Shown: positions 19,619-30,281, counted from the stretch's first letter. The stretch is DNA of 64,000 bases from Syntrophorhabdaceae bacterium (GCA_963665295.1 OY762209.1:256001-320000); one strand, 5' to 3'. Numbers and translations: made by a program. The notes: generated by a model not told the origin, from the sequence alone.

Positions 19619-22600
19619 CTAATGGTTCACTAACTTCCAACCGGCATCGGTTACGGTCGCGAACAGCTGACCCCCCGTAAACGTTACGTTGCTCATATAC
19701 CAGACCGCGTTCGCGCCTGTCGAGTGTCTCCATAGCAGGTCGGGGTAGCCGTCGTTATTGAAGTCGCCTACGCCGGCTATCGCCCAGTTCAGATCGGCCT
19801 CGGTCGGGAGAGCGCCGGTCCCGATGAGCGTTGCTCCTGCGTCCATGTACCAGACCCTGTTCGCGCCTGTCGAGATGTTTCTCCACACCACGTCGGGATA
19901 GCCATCTCTGTCGAAGTCATCCCAACCGACAATCGTCCAGTTCGCATCGGCCTCGGTGGGGAGCGTCTTATCCCCTATGACCGTTACGCCATTCATATAC
20001 CAGACCGCGTTCGCGCCCGTCGAGTGTCTCCATAGCAGGTCGGGATGGCCGTCGTTGTTGAAATCTCTTACGCCGACTATCGCCCAGTTCGGATCGGCCT
20101 CGGTGGGGAGCGTACCGGTCCCGATCAGGGTAGCGGCATTCAAATACCAGACCCTGTTCGCGCCTGTCGAGATGTTTCTCCACACCACGTCGGGATGGCC
20201 GTCGTTATTGAAGTCATTCCAACCGACAATCGTCCAGTTCGCATCGGCCTCGGTCGGGAGCATCTGGTCCCCGATGAGCGTTACGCCATTCATATACCAG
20301 ACCGCGTTCGCGCCTGTCGAGTGTCTCCATAGCAGGTCGGGGTAGCCGTCATTGTTGAGGTCCCAAGGACTCGGCCGCTGCAGTACCATCGGCCGCATCA
20401 TGTCGTTCTCTTCATGGCTCAGGATGTGGCAGTGCCACACGTATTCCTGACCGAAGTTGTATAACCGGTTCGTCATCGGCGGCACAATATTACCCCCGTC
20501 CGTCGGGTCGATCTGCGAGAAGCCCATGTCGGAGCCCAGAGGGGTCGCCGGGTTCAAAGGACGAATGCTGTTGGGCAGAGAAAAAGGAACGCGGGGAACA
20601 ATCGGCCTCAAGGCAACGATGGTGTCTTCCAGAGGGCTCATCCTGACCGTGTCCTTCCATCCCAGTTCGTTGGGATCGGGCAGCCTGATAAATCCGTCCC
20701 AACCGACACGGTTCAGTACCTGCACGTCAAACAAGTGAAAATGAATCGGGTGGGTATCCACGCCGTTGTGGGTAATCCTCCAAATCTGCGTTTCGTTCGG
20801 ATTCACCACTTCAGTGGGGGGATCTACGAAGTTCTGGAGTACAAAATTCGCAATCGCCGCGTTGGTGAACGGCAATTCGAGGCCTAATTTGGCGCTCATC
20901 CGTCCGTAGTCATCAAAGGTCGCGCCCATTTCGTCATGGATGGCCTTCGGATCCATCGCGTAATTACTCACTATGGTGCCGTCAACCTTCTTGAAGCTGA
21001 TGGCGCCGTCGGAAATCCTCGAAATGCCCCAGTTGGGCCACGTAGCGGGGAAGGTGGTATTGTAGGCGGAGGTGTGGCCTGCGCCTGTGCCGTAAGCTGC
21101 CTGCCCCACGAGGATCGTCTCCTGGCCCGATGCGAAAGCGCCCGGCGTGGCCCCTGAGGCGAACGCGGCCTGAAGGGTGGCAAAGAAGGTCGTGTCGTAG
21201 TCATCCACCGGCGCCGAGCCACCCGCTCCCGCCACCGTGATCTGCATGACGGTCCTGATATTGGGTCCGGCACCTGCTGCAATGGCGGTGTAGCCGCCAA
21301 TGTCTGTCCGGTTCGGGGCGCCGGTATAGTAGTCATACTGGGGAACGAGGGCCGGGAACGCCGTAGGGGCGTCATTGTACAGAATCAGGGTCGCTCCCCC
21401 GTAATTCGTGAAATCAACGACCACATCCGCTCTTTCAGCAGGGCCGAGGAAAAGCGTACCACCACCCTGGTTCTGCTGAAGCACGTTCCCGAAGTTGAAC
21501 ATCGTGGGGTCGGTGTTCCACTGTACCGGGTGGTTGGGAAGCACTACAGGGGCCGGCAGAAAACCGCCCTCGCTTCCGACCTGGATAAACGCGGGACCTC
21601 TCTTCGCAGGATCAGGTACTCCGCCCTCCCTGCCGTCCGTAGGCCAGTTATTCGGGAATCCCCCGGTCAGCGCCGCGGGCACCATCCCCACTTCTGTCAG
21701 GGATGTGTATACCGCCGCAGTGGCGGTAGCCTGCACGCCTGCCCCCCCAGGCGGGGCGATGGTCACCGTGGGGGCTACCGTATAGCCGCTTCCCACGGTA
21801 TCAAGGGCAATGGCCGTAACAACACCGCCCGTCACTGTCGCGGTAGCGGTAGCGCCGGTTCCGTTGCCGCCGGCGATGGTCACCGCAGGTGCGGAGGTGT
21901 AGCCGGAACCGCCGCCGGTAACGGTGATGCCGCTTACGATCGGAGTCGCTCTGTAGAACTGGAGATTGAGGAACCTGTCATGCGCCGCGTTCAGGATCCG
22001 GAAACGATACTTCTGCGCCGACACTTGGTAGGTGGGGTAAACAGTGCCGTTGACCATCATGGTATCAAGAAATGCCTCGGCTCCCCACGATGGGTGGGGT
22101 GTGCCGGGCATTTGAGGCGGCTGCAACTCATTATAGTTGGGGTTGGCAGGATCAGCGTAGGGGTTTGCAACCGGCCCAAAATCGACGCAGAAGGGTTTCA
22201 CTGCGTCGGCGGACGACCCGCACACCGGGGTCGCCGGGAAAAACCATGGGCCATAATGCCAACGTCCGTACTGGTTGATCCCGCTCAAGTCTGGGTTATA
22301 AGGGTTCTGGGCGGGCATATATACGTGAGGCCACCAGAGGTCGCCCGTGACAGGCGTCGCCGTGGCGGGTTTCCCGGGGTTCGATCCCCATGCCCAGGTC
22401 GGGTCGGTAGTCATTACCGTAGCAGCGTTTACAAAGGTCTTGTCCTGGATAATGAGAGGAACCTGTGTGGAAGGGAGTGTTCCTGCGGCAAAGGTCCGAC
22501 CGTTGATAGTCCCACCCTGGACGAGGGCCGTCTCCACCGGGTCTTGTATCAGGTAGCCTGCCGCATTGCCCGCGTACACATTAAGACGGGTGATGCCCCA

Positions 22601-23512
22601 GGCATGGTCGTGATAGAACAGCAGCCTGGCGCTTTGCTGGTTGGTGTAGTAATAAGTCTGCGATCCCTGGCCGGGATTGTTGGTGGCGCCCGAAACAGCG
22701 CAGGTCGTCTGACCCGCGCAACCGGTGATGGTTGCTCCTGCCGCGGTAAACCACATGTCAGGCACATACGAAACGCTCACGCCCTTGCGGTAGGAAGTGG
22801 TCTCCGCCGCAGGCGTGATCCACTGGTGGGGAGTGCCGTCGCTGATCCATGGGGTGTGGCCTCCATGGAGATGGAGGTTCGCCCTGTTCTGGGTGAAGGT
22901 GCCGGTTATTGTCGAAATCGGAGCCTTTGTTACGGGGTCGTAGTTGATTTCAAAGCTCCCCGAACCCATTACGCTGCCGTCTACGGGAAGAAAAAGATCA
23001 CCCCCCGTCCCCGCGGGGAGGCTGTTGGTAAACTTGATGCGTACGGGCCTGTCTTTCTGGGCGATAATCAAGGGCCCAAGATAGTGGGGCACCAGCAGGT
23101 CGGCTCCGCCGTTCGTCTGGCGGTACCCTCTCAGCTTGGTGCCGCCGCTTGTGGCGGTCGTCTTATCCGAACCGCTGACGGCCGGAATTTGCGAGTGCAT
23201 CCTCTCTCGATACTGCACGAGCTCGATCTCATAATAATCGGACCCCGGATAGGTGCTCTGGTCCGCAACGGCAACAGGAATGCACTGTCCCAGATTGTTG
23301 GGAGTAGTGCACCCCAGGGGGGCCAGGGTATCCATGAATTTGGTGAACGCCGGACTGTTTGCCCAGTTCGGCGTAAGAAAATAGTCGGGAACGTAGTATC
23401 CGTTAGCCCCCACATCAAGCGCCTGCGCGGGAGGCGCCCCCTTTCCCCAAGGGAGGGCGGCTAATATCAGCGCCAGACCGATAACCACGGCAAAACCTCT
23501 ACTCTTCGACAT
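19619..23512 (-). CDS. large secreted multicopper oxidase with Gly/Thr-rich insert and C-terminal FG-GAP-like repeats
   Basis: All four Cu motifs ([28 protein letters not shown]); D(F/L)N.DG.PD repeats; signal peptide; GAGGAGG RBS. Confidence 0.93.
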   Translation of the reverse strand: MSKSRGFAVVIGLALILAALPWGKGAPPAQALDVGANGYYVPDYFLTPNWANSPAFTKFMDTLAPLGCTTPNNLGQCIPVAVADQSTYPGSDYYEIELVQYRERMHSQIPAVSGSDKTTATSGGTKLRGYRQTNGGADLLVPHYLGPLIIAQKDRPVRIKFTNSLPAGTGGDLFLPVDGSVMGSGSFEINYDPVTKAPISTITGTFTQNRANLHLHGGHTPWISDGTPHQWITPAAETTSYRKGVSVSYVPDMWFTAAGATITGCAGQTTCAVSGATNNPGQGSQTYYYTNQQSARLLFYHDHAWGITRLNVYAGNAAGYLIQDPVETALVQGGTINGRTFAAGTLPSTQVPLIIQDKTFVNAATVMTTDPTWAWGSNPGKPATATPVTGDLWWPHVYMPAQNPYNPDLSGINQYGRWHYGPWFFPATPVCGSSADAVKPFCVDFGPVANPYADPANPNYNELQPPQMPGTPHPSWGAEAFLDTMMVNGTVYPTYQVSAQKYRFRILNAAHDRFLNLQFYRATPIVSGITVTGGGSGYTSAPAVTIAGGNGTGATATATVTGGVVTAIALDTVGSGYTVAPTVTIAPPGGAGVQATATAAVYTSLTEVGMVPAALTGGFPNNWPTDGREGGVPDPAKRGPAFIQVGSEGGFLPAPVVLPNHPVQWNTDPTMFNFGNVLQQNQGGGTLFLGPAERADVVVDFTNYGGATLILYNDAPTAFPALVPQYDYYTGAPNRTDIGGYTAIAAGAGPNIRTVMQITVAGAGGSAPVDDYDTTFFATLQAAFASGATPGAFASGQETILVGQAAYGTGAGHTSAYNTTFPATWPNWGISRISDGAISFKKVDGTIVSNYAMDPKAIHDEMGATFDDYGRMSAKLGLELPFTNAAIANFVLQNFVDPPTEVVNPNETQIWRITHNGVDTHPIHFHLFDVQVLNRVGWDGFIRLPDPNELGWKDTVRMSPLEDTIVALRPIVPRVPFSLPNSIRPLNPATPLGSDMGFSQIDPTDGGNIVPPMTNRLYNFGQEYVWHCHILSHEENDMMRPMVLQRPSPWDLNNDGYPDLLWRHSTGANAVWYMNGVTLIGDQMLPTEADANWTIVGWNDFNNDGHPDVVWRNISTGANRVWYLNAATLIGTGTLPTEADPNWAIVGVRDFNNDGHPDLLWRHSTGANAVWYMNGVTVIGDKTLPTEADANWTIVGWDDFDRDGYPDVVWRNISTGANRVWYMDAGATLIGTGALPTEADLNWAIAGVGDFNNDGYPDLLWRHSTGANAVWYMSNVTFTGGQLFATVTDAGWKLVNH

Positions 23513-23575
23513 TTCTTCCTCCTCTTCTAATGAAGTCTGTCAAGCATATAATTACTGCCCGTTAAGACTATGTTC

Positions 23576-23747
23576 ACGTTGTGGCGGCTTCCAGCCTTTT
23601 TGACCCCTCTATCCAACCTCTTTTGTTCTCCGGGCCTTATGCCCAACTTACGTTATACAGATCTAAAGGGGCGGTGGAAGTTGACCAAGCTTTGTCGTAC
23701 AGGCCTTATGCCTTCGAGGATCCACGATCCTCCTTCCACCACAACGT
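23576..23747 (-). ncRNA. putative IS110/IS1111 bridge (seek) RNA
   Basis: Closing stem ACGTTGTGG/CCACAACGT; two stem-internal-loop arms, each capped by a (A/G)GGC-ATAAG-GCC(T/C) hairpin; lies directly 3' of an IS110 transposase stop. Confidence 0.7.
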
Positions 23748-23753
23748 ATCTCC

Positions 23754-24015
23754 TTATGCCGCCCGGGCGCAGCTCATTTCTTCCGTAAACATCCTACTGT
23801 CGCGCATCAGTGCAAAGATCACCCTTATGAACTTGATGATCATGGCGCAGAGTGCCTCCTTCATTTTGAGCGGACGAAGCAGTCCTTTCCGTTTGTTCTC
23901 GTAATACTCCTTGAAGAACACGGTCCTATGGACTATCCTCATTGCCATGAAGTAGAGGCATCTCCTTAAGAGCCGCAGTCCTTTCTTGGAAACGATCTCT
24001 CGCCGGCCCCTTGAC
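23754..24015 (-). pseudogene. IS110-family transposase, C-terminal fragment only
   Basis: GRREIVSKKGLRLLRRCLYFMAMRIV...FFKEYYENK...ALCAMIIKFIRVIFALMRD; RuvC-like N-terminus absent. Confidence 0.8.
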
Positions 24016-24025
24016 TGATAAGAAC

Positions 24026-24040
24026 GCAATATGCGTGCCG
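24026..24040 (-). promoter_or_regulatory. sigma-54 (-24/-12) promoter facing the IS remnant and multicopper oxidase
   Basis: CGGCACGCATATTGC matches GGCAC-N5-TTGC. Confidence 0.75.
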
Positions 24041-24125
24041 CAACTCCGCCAACCTAAATATACCACAATTTCCTGCATATACGGTAAAGTAGGAGATTTG
24101 ATGAAGCGTCCCTGTATCGAAAATC

Positions 24126-24182
24126 GTCTTGAAAAGCAAGAATGTGTCTTGAAAAGCAAGAATGTGTCTTGAAAAGCAAGAA
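24126..24182. repeat. 20-bp tandem repeat x3 containing the dyad TCTTG-N5-CAAGA (candidate enhancer/UAS)
   Basis: GTCTTGAAAAGCAAGAATGT repeated; about 90-140 bp upstream of the sigma-54 promoter. Confidence 0.85.
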
Positions 24183-24422
24183 CGCAAGACGTTCGAGGGC
24201 GCCCGGTATAAGCTCCGGGGTCTTGTCTCCAACATGGAGTGGACGGGAGAAAAGTACGCGCCAAAACGACCTACAGGAGTACCTGTGCCATGTTTCCATA
24301 AACGATAAGGATGCAGTGAATCCTCCTTTAATGTTTGAAAACGGGGCTATTGACTGGAATAATGGTTCGGACGTCATAAGGAGGGGGAAAGCAGGTGATG
24401 CATTTGGGGAGGACGGCGTGAT

Positions 24423-24451
24423 TTGACAAAAACGCCCAAAATCCTTATAAT
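24423..24451 (+). promoter_or_regulatory. consensus sigma-70 promoter of the moxR-vWA operon
   Basis: TTGACA-N17-TATAAT, perfect consensus. Confidence 0.85.
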
Positions 24452-24490
24452 ATCCGTGATATTTTTCACTATCATAAGGAGGCTGCAAAG

Positions 24491-25345
24491 ATGAGTAATA
24501 CCGCTCAAGGTTATAAAGGAAGTGATGACTATATAGCGTCCAAGCCGCTCATGGAGATCGTCAACGTGGCGATTGCACTCGGAAAACCCCTCGTAATCAA
24601 GGGCGAGCCGGGCACGGGCAAAACGCTGCTCGCGCACAGCATTTCCGGGGCTCTCAACAAGAAGCTCTATATATGGAACATAAAATCATCCACTAAGGCG
24701 AAAGACGGCCTCTACGTGTATGACACGGTCCAGAGACTGAACGACGCCCGGTTCAAAGATAAAGACATTACCGACATCAGGCAGTATATCAAGATGGGCA
24801 AGCTCGGCCAGGCATTCAAGGCCGACGAGAAAGTGGTGCTCCTCATAGACGAGATCGACAAGGCGGATGTGGAATTTCCCAACGACCTTCTGAACGAGCT
24901 GGACGAAATGACCTTTCACATACCCGAACTGGACGAAGAAGTCGTGGCCAAACACAGACCGGTCGTCATCATCACGAGCAACTCCGAAAAAGAGCTTCCC
25001 GACGCATTCCTGAGAAGGTGCATATTCCACTACATCGAATTCCCCGACCAGGACATGATGGAGAGGATCGTAAAGGTCCACTATCCCGACATAGAGAACA
25101 AACTCATGAAAGAGGCGATCAAGCGGTTCTACTGGATACGCGAAGTCGAGGGTCTGAGGAAGAAACCCTCCACGAGCGAACTCATCGACTGGATAAAGGC
25201 CCTTTCCCTGGGCGGCATCAGCGTCGACAAGATAACGGCCGAGATACCCTTCCTCGGGACCGTCCTCAAGAACGAGCTCGACACGGAACGGTTCGTAAAG
25301 ATGTCACAGGGACACGGAAATCTTGGGTTTAAGAGAAGATTCTAA
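24491..25345 (+). CDS. MoxR-family AAA+ ATPase
   Basis: GEPGTGKT, LLIDEIDKAD, ITSNSEKELPDAFLRRC. Confidence 0.93.
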   Translation: MSNTAQGYKGSDDYIASKPLMEIVNVAIALGKPLVIKGEPGTGKTLLAHSISGALNKKLYIWNIKSSTKAKDGLYVYDTVQRLNDARFKDKDITDIRQYIKMGKLGQAFKADEKVVLLIDEIDKADVEFPNDLLNELDEMTFHIPELDEEVVAKHRPVVIITSNSEKELPDAFLRRCIFHYIEFPDQDMMERIVKVHYPDIENKLMKEAIKRFYWIREVEGLRKKPSTSELIDWIKALSLGGISVDKITAEIPFLGTVLKNELDTERFVKMSQGHGNLGFKRRF

Positions 25346-26562
25346 TGTTCACCAATTTTTACTATATTCTGAGGAACAAAGGGGTGCCCGTCTCGGTTAC
25401 GGAATGGGTGTCCTTCATGGAAGCCCTTTACAACGGCCATTTTCAATCGAGCCTGAACCACCTCTACTACGTGGGCCGTGCATTCCTTGTAAAAAGCGAA
25501 GCCTATTACGATCAGTTCGACCTTGCCTTCAAGGAATACTTCGGCGGCATAAAAACAGACGACGTGGACCTGTCCAAGGTCCTCGACTGGCTCGATAACC
25601 CCCTTAACAAGCTCCCGCGGCTCTCCAAAGAGGAGATAGCCGAGATGCAGCAGCGGATGGAAGAATTCCGCAAACAGCACGACATGGAAGAGCTTATGAG
25701 GCAGTTCCGTGAGAGGCTGAAGGAGCAGACGGAGAGACATGACGGGGGCAGCAAGTGGATCGGCACAGGAGGAAAGTCCCCCTTCGGCGCCTACGGGAAC
25801 CATCCGGGCGGCATAAGGGTCGGGGGCGAATCCTGGATGCAGTCCGCCGCCAAGGTTGCAGACGAGCGGAGGTTCAGGAATTACCGCAACGACATCATCC
25901 TCGACGTGAGACAGACAAAACTTGCCCTCAAGAAACTGAGGGAACTGAAGCGTGAAGGCGCCCAGGAAGAGCTCGACATCGATGCTACCATCGATAAGAC
26001 GGCAAAAGAGGGCGGCGAGATAGAACTCGTATTCAACAGGTCGAGGGAAAACTCGGTGAGAATTATCCTCCTCATGGATACGGGCGGGTCCATGCTTCCT
26101 TACACGGAACTCTGCGAGAGGCTTTTTTCCGCTGCATCCCAGATGGAGCACTTCAAGGAATTCAAATATTTCTTTTTCCACAACAGTATATATCAGGATA
26201 TCTACGAAGACATTGCGAACTACAAGCGGATACCCACAGAGAAGTTCTTGTCCAATTTTGACAAACGGTACAAACTGGTCTTCGTCGGAGACGCGAGGAT
26301 GGCCTTTTCGGAGCTTTTCGACGTGAACGGCTGCATCGATTACTTTTCCTCGAACGATACGCCGTCCATAGAATGGCTTATAAAGATCAGGGAACAATTC
26401 CCCGACTCGGTGTGGCTGAACCCCACCCACAGGAATTACTGGGGACACTATACGGTCGATACTATAGGGAAGGTCTTCCCTATGTTCGAGCTTACTATCG
26501 ATGGACTGAAAGACGCGATCAAGTCTTTGAAGTCGAGGTCGAAACGGCCCATCCCGAACTAA
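25345..26562 (+). CDS. vWA domain (CoxE-like) partner protein
   Basis: LLMDTGGSM MIDAS motif, FVGDA, VWLNP; overlaps the MoxR stop. Confidence 0.9.
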   Translation: MFTNFYYILRNKGVPVSVTEWVSFMEALYNGHFQSSLNHLYYVGRAFLVKSEAYYDQFDLAFKEYFGGIKTDDVDLSKVLDWLDNPLNKLPRLSKEEIAEMQQRMEEFRKQHDMEELMRQFRERLKEQTERHDGGSKWIGTGGKSPFGAYGNHPGGIRVGGESWMQSAAKVADERRFRNYRNDIILDVRQTKLALKKLRELKREGAQEELDIDATIDKTAKEGGEIELVFNRSRENSVRIILLMDTGGSMLPYTELCERLFSAASQMEHFKEFKYFFFHNSIYQDIYEDIANYKRIPTEKFLSNFDKRYKLVFVGDARMAFSELFDVNGCIDYFSSNDTPSIEWLIKIREQFPDSVWLNPTHRNYWGHYTVDTIGKVFPMFELTIDGLKDAIKSLKSRSKRPIPN

Positions 26563-26619
26563 CCCGCTGTCCTTCGAAATAAGTCTTAAGTTTTTCGGGG
26601 ATTTGCTTTATACTTTACC

Positions 26620-27393
26620 GTGCCTTTCAAGAAGCTCTTATATTTCTTCTACGCAAGGATCCTCGAACGGGACGTCAAAAGAGATGAATTGCCCACCCAC
26701 ATAGGCCTCATCCTTGACGGCAACAGGAGATACGCGAGAGAGATGGGCTTCGAAGACGTAACCAAAGGTCACGTGGAAGGGGCCCGGAAGCTGGATGACG
26801 TGCTGCAATGGTGCGCGGAACTCGACATCAAGATCGTCACCATCTGGGTATTTTCCACGGACAACTCCCAGAGGGACAAGGACGAGATAGAAGGTCTCCT
26901 CAGGGTCATAGAGAGGAAGATAGACGAACTCTCAAAGAACCCCATAATCAGGCTGAACGGATTCAGGATCAAGGTCCTGGGGAACCTCGAACTCCTACCC
27001 GACAGGCTCAAGGAGACAATCAGGCGATGTGAGGACCGCACCAAGGACAACGAGGACCGGATACTCAATATCGCCGTGGGTTACGGAGGAAGAGAAGAGA
27101 TAGTCGAGGCCGTGAAGCGGGCCATCAGGGAAAAAGGTGCTTCGGGAGCGGAAGACCTCGCCGGAAGCATCACCATGGACGACATAACGAGCAACCTTTA
27201 CACGGTCGGCATTCCCGATCCCGACCTCATCATCAGGACGAGCGGCGAGATACGCCTGAGCGGCTTCCTTCTGTGGCAGAGCGCATATAGCGAGTTCTAC
27301 TTTTGTGATGCCTTCTGGCCGGTGTTCAGAAAGATAGACTTTTTGAGGGCAATAAGAAGTTATCAGCAGCGGAGCCGGAGATTCGGAAAATAA
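26620..27393 (+). CDS. uppS: cis-prenyltransferase (UppS family)
   Basis: ILDGNRRYA, FSTDN, PDLIIRTSGEIRLSGFLLWQ, RRFG. Confidence 0.93.
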   Translation: MPFKKLLYFFYARILERDVKRDELPTHIGLILDGNRRYAREMGFEDVTKGHVEGARKLDDVLQWCAELDIKIVTIWVFSTDNSQRDKDEIEGLLRVIERKIDELSKNPIIRLNGFRIKVLGNLELLPDRLKETIRRCEDRTKDNEDRILNIAVGYGGREEIVEAVKRAIREKGASGAEDLAGSITMDDITSNLYTVGIPDPDLIIRTSGEIRLSGFLLWQSAYSEFYFCDAFWPVFRKIDFLRAIRSYQQRSRRFGK

Positions 27394-27452
27394 CGAAGGA
27401 CCAGGAGGACCCGATTGGTACATGACACCTCACCGGCAATGGCAACCCGGTC

Positions 27453-28247
27453 TTGAACAAGCATTCCATAGTAAAATCCCCGGCCCTGTCCGTATTCCTG
27501 AGGATCGTCCTCGGACTTGCCGCCGTGGGCCTGATAGTCTTCATCTTCTATTTGTACCTTGAAGGCGGCTGGCGGGAGATTATCGACTTTTACCGGTACT
27601 TCCTGAGCCCCAAGAGGCTCAGGCTCTTCATCGCCTCTTTCGGTCCTTTCGCATCCGTGGCCTTCGTGGTGATCCAGGCCCTTCAGGTCGTGTTTGCCCC
27701 CATACCCGGGGAAGTCACGGGCTTCGTGGGAGGGTTCCTTTTCGGGAACACGGTGGGCACCATCCTTTCCACGCTCGGACTCACCATCGGCTCGGTCATG
27801 GCCTTCGGCATCGCCCGGATCTTCGGCATGAAGCTTGTGGAAAAGGTGGTGAAAAAGGAGTACATCAGCAAGTTCAACTTCTTCGTCACCCACAAGGGCC
27901 TCTACGTAAGCTACATACTCTTCCTGATACCGGGGTTTCCGAAGGACTCCCTCTGTTACCTGCTGGGCCTTACGCGGTTGAAATTCCTCGACTTCTTCCT
28001 TATGACCCTTCTCGGGAGGTTGCCCGGCACCATAATGCTCACCTTTCAGGGCACCGCCATCAAGGACGCCCAGTATAAGACCTTTTTCATACTCTTCGCG
28101 GCAAGCCTCGCTGCGACGGTGCTCCTCTATTTTGCAAAGAACTACATCATCAAGGCTTTCACTCACGTAGTGCACAAATTCCGGAAGGCGAAGAAGGGTA
28201 AACCCGTGGAACCACACCGGAGCAAGGAACAACACGGGAAGAAGTAA
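27453..28247 (+). CDS. TVP38/TMEM64 (VTT/DedA superfamily) membrane protein
   Basis: QVVFAPIPGE, LIPGFPKDSLCYLLGL; start codon uncertain. Confidence 0.88.
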   Translation: MNKHSIVKSPALSVFLRIVLGLAAVGLIVFIFYLYLEGGWREIIDFYRYFLSPKRLRLFIASFGPFASVAFVVIQALQVVFAPIPGEVTGFVGGFLFGNTVGTILSTLGLTIGSVMAFGIARIFGMKLVEKVVKKEYISKFNFFVTHKGLYVSYILFLIPGFPKDSLCYLLGLTRLKFLDFFLMTLLGRLPGTIMLTFQGTAIKDAQYKTFFILFAASLAATVLLYFAKNYIIKAFTHVVHKFRKAKKGKPVEPHRSKEQHGKK

Positions 28248-28294
28248 ACCGGTCCTGCCCATGAAAAGGCGGGGAGGAACATATGGTCGCGGGG

Positions 28295-29158
28295 TCAGCC
28301 CATCTCTTCAGGACGGAACCTGAAAGGAATCTCTATACTGTCCACATTAAGGGACGCCGGTATGGGAGGTAAAGGGTCGACTGCCTTCAACGCCCGTTGG
28401 ATCGATTCGTCGAATATCCTGTTTCCTGAGCGTTTGTCCACGGTAACGTCCACAATACGCCCGTCTTTCCTGACCTTTATCGTTATTTCAGTTTCAAGTT
28501 TCTTGGGGGCCGCCCCCGGGACACCCCATGCGGACATTATCTTTTCCCGGATATCCATGTAATATTTCTGAGTCACCAGATCGAGGGGCTTGCCTCCGCC
28601 TTCGCCTGAGAAAGGAAGGCCCGCCGGCCCTGACCCGCCCCCGCCCGCTGCTCTTCCCGACCCGTCGGGTGCGCCTCTTTTCGTGATATCCACGTAATCG
28701 GTCCTCTTCCTGATCTCCCTTAACCGTCTGTTCAGGTCGGCCAGTTCCTCCTTCGTGGCAGTCTCCCTCTCCTTTTTGACCGCTTTAGGCGTCTCCTTTA
28801 CGGGGACCTTCTTCTTCGAAAGGGATACCACCTCTTTCTCCGGCCGCCGGGGCACGGGCACGGGCTTCACTTTCACGGGTTTTTCCTTTACCGCCTCGGC
28901 TTTCTTTGCCTTGGCGGGCTCCGCCTTCTTCGCCGGTTTGGGCGGCTCCTTTGCAGGCGCCTCCACCCCCTTGGGAATGCCCACGACGCCCGGGCTTTTC
29001 GGACCTCCCCCCATGTCTCCCACGAGACTCACGGAGTATGCCGATGACAGGTCTATCTTTCTTGAGGATTTACCGACTTGAACGCTGAAGGCGCCAATGA
29101 CTATGAAGTGCACCAGCGTTGACACCACAAGCCATTTGTACCACGCTTCTTCTTTCAT
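28295..29158 (-). CDS. tolA: TolA/TonB family protein
   Basis: N-terminal TM with S..VH, Lys/Pro-rich linker, C-terminal RSGNRIFDESIQRA..PLPP. Confidence 0.8.
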   Translation of the reverse strand: MKEEAWYKWLVVSTLVHFIVIGAFSVQVGKSSRKIDLSSAYSVSLVGDMGGGPKSPGVVGIPKGVEAPAKEPPKPAKKAEPAKAKKAEAVKEKPVKVKPVPVPRRPEKEVVSLSKKKVPVKETPKAVKKERETATKEELADLNRRLREIRKRTDYVDITKRGAPDGSGRAAGGGGSGPAGLPFSGEGGGKPLDLVTQKYYMDIREKIMSAWGVPGAAPKKLETEITIKVRKDGRIVDVTVDKRSGNRIFDESIQRALKAVDPLPPIPASLNVDSIEIPFRFRPEEMG

Positions 29159-29568
29159 CGCTCATCAAGGGGCTTGGTCACTATGTTGATTTTTTCGATG
29201 CCCGCTTCCCTGACTATACCCATGCACGTGACCACAAACCCGTAAGGAACTTCCTTGTCCGCTCTGAGATATATCTCCTTGTCCTTCTTGTTTGCAAAAA
29301 GGAGCTGGATGGCGGCCTTCAGATCTTTTACGTCCAGTTTCTTTTCATTCAGCACGAGTCTCTCTTCCTTGGTGACGTTCAGTATCTGGGGCTCATCCTT
29401 GGTGGGCATGGGCTTGGTCGTCACCTTCGGGATATCGATGTTCATTCCGTGCTGCATCATGGGGGCGGTAATCATGAATATAATGAGGAGCACGAGCATT
29501 ATATCCACAAGGGGCACCACGTTTATCTCGGAAAGGGGTCCTCCTTTCGAGTCTCTTGATGCCTTCAT
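29155..29568 (-). CDS. tolR: TolR/ExbD
   Basis: EINVVPLVDIMLVLLIIFMITAP, RADKEVPYG. Confidence 0.9.
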   Translation of the reverse strand: MKASRDSKGGPLSEINVVPLVDIMLVLLIIFMITAPMMQHGMNIDIPKVTTKPMPTKDEPQILNVTKEERLVLNEKKLDVKDLKAAIQLLFANKKDKEIYLRADKEVPYGFVVTCMGIVREAGIEKINIVTKPLDER

Positions 29569-30224
29569 TTCTCGAGGATATTGAGCAGATACATGGATGC
29601 GTTCTCCATCTTGGACACAATCCTTTTCAATCTGCTGTTAAAATAGTTGTAGGCAAGAACCGCGGGTATTGCGGTGGCGAGACCGATTGCGGTGGCGATA
29701 AGCGCTTCACTGATACCGGGGGCGACTACTGCGAGGCTCGTTGTCCCCCTCACCCCTATCTCCCTGAAGGAATCCATGATGCCCCAGACGGTGCCGAAAA
29801 GTCCGATGAAGGGTGCTGTATTGGCGGTGGTTGCCAGAAAGGAGAGCCGCCGCTCCAGGATCTCCGACTCCTCTGTAATGGTTATTCTCATGATATTCTC
29901 GATAAGAGGCAACGTTTCCGCCTCCAGCCGGGGGCTGTCTTTCTGTTTCGACGCGATCTCCTTGTAAGTCGCGACCAGCAGCCTGTAAAACGGATTGTCG
30001 GGATTCTCCCTGTATGTGGTAAGGAGTTTCCTGAAGGAACCCGTCTCCCTTGCCGCTGCGAGAAACCTGACCCCCTCCTTTTCCGTCTTTCCGAACTGCC
30101 TCATCTTTACCAGCATTATGGTCCACGATAAAATGGAAAAGATAAAAAGGATACCCATTATCACCTTGGCCATCAGTCCCGCCGAGGTGATGAGTCCTAT
30201 AATACCGCCTGTGTACATGTCCAT
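29565..30224 (-). CDS. tolQ: TolQ/ExbB proton channel
   Basis: PFIGLFGTVWGIM, VAPGISEALIATAIGL. Confidence 0.9.
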   Translation of the reverse strand: MDMYTGGIIGLITSAGLMAKVIMGILFIFSILSWTIMLVKMRQFGKTEKEGVRFLAAARETGSFRKLLTTYRENPDNPFYRLLVATYKEIASKQKDSPRLEAETLPLIENIMRITITEESEILERRLSFLATTANTAPFIGLFGTVWGIMDSFREIGVRGTTSLAVVAPGISEALIATAIGLATAIPAVLAYNYFNSRLKRIVSKMENASMYLLNILEK

Positions 30225-30281
30225 TTGCGATGTCTCCCCTGAAACTCCGTGGTAGATTTTACATTAAAACCCCTATCTTGT

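Noticed and set aside
21530..23464. 644-aa plus-strand ORF (similarly 53398..55182, 62748..63992, 37094..38530)
   Set aside because: Antisense to well-supported genes in GC-rich DNA, with no recognisable motifs.
24126..24182. Mini-CRISPR
   Set aside because: Head-to-tail repeats with no spacers.
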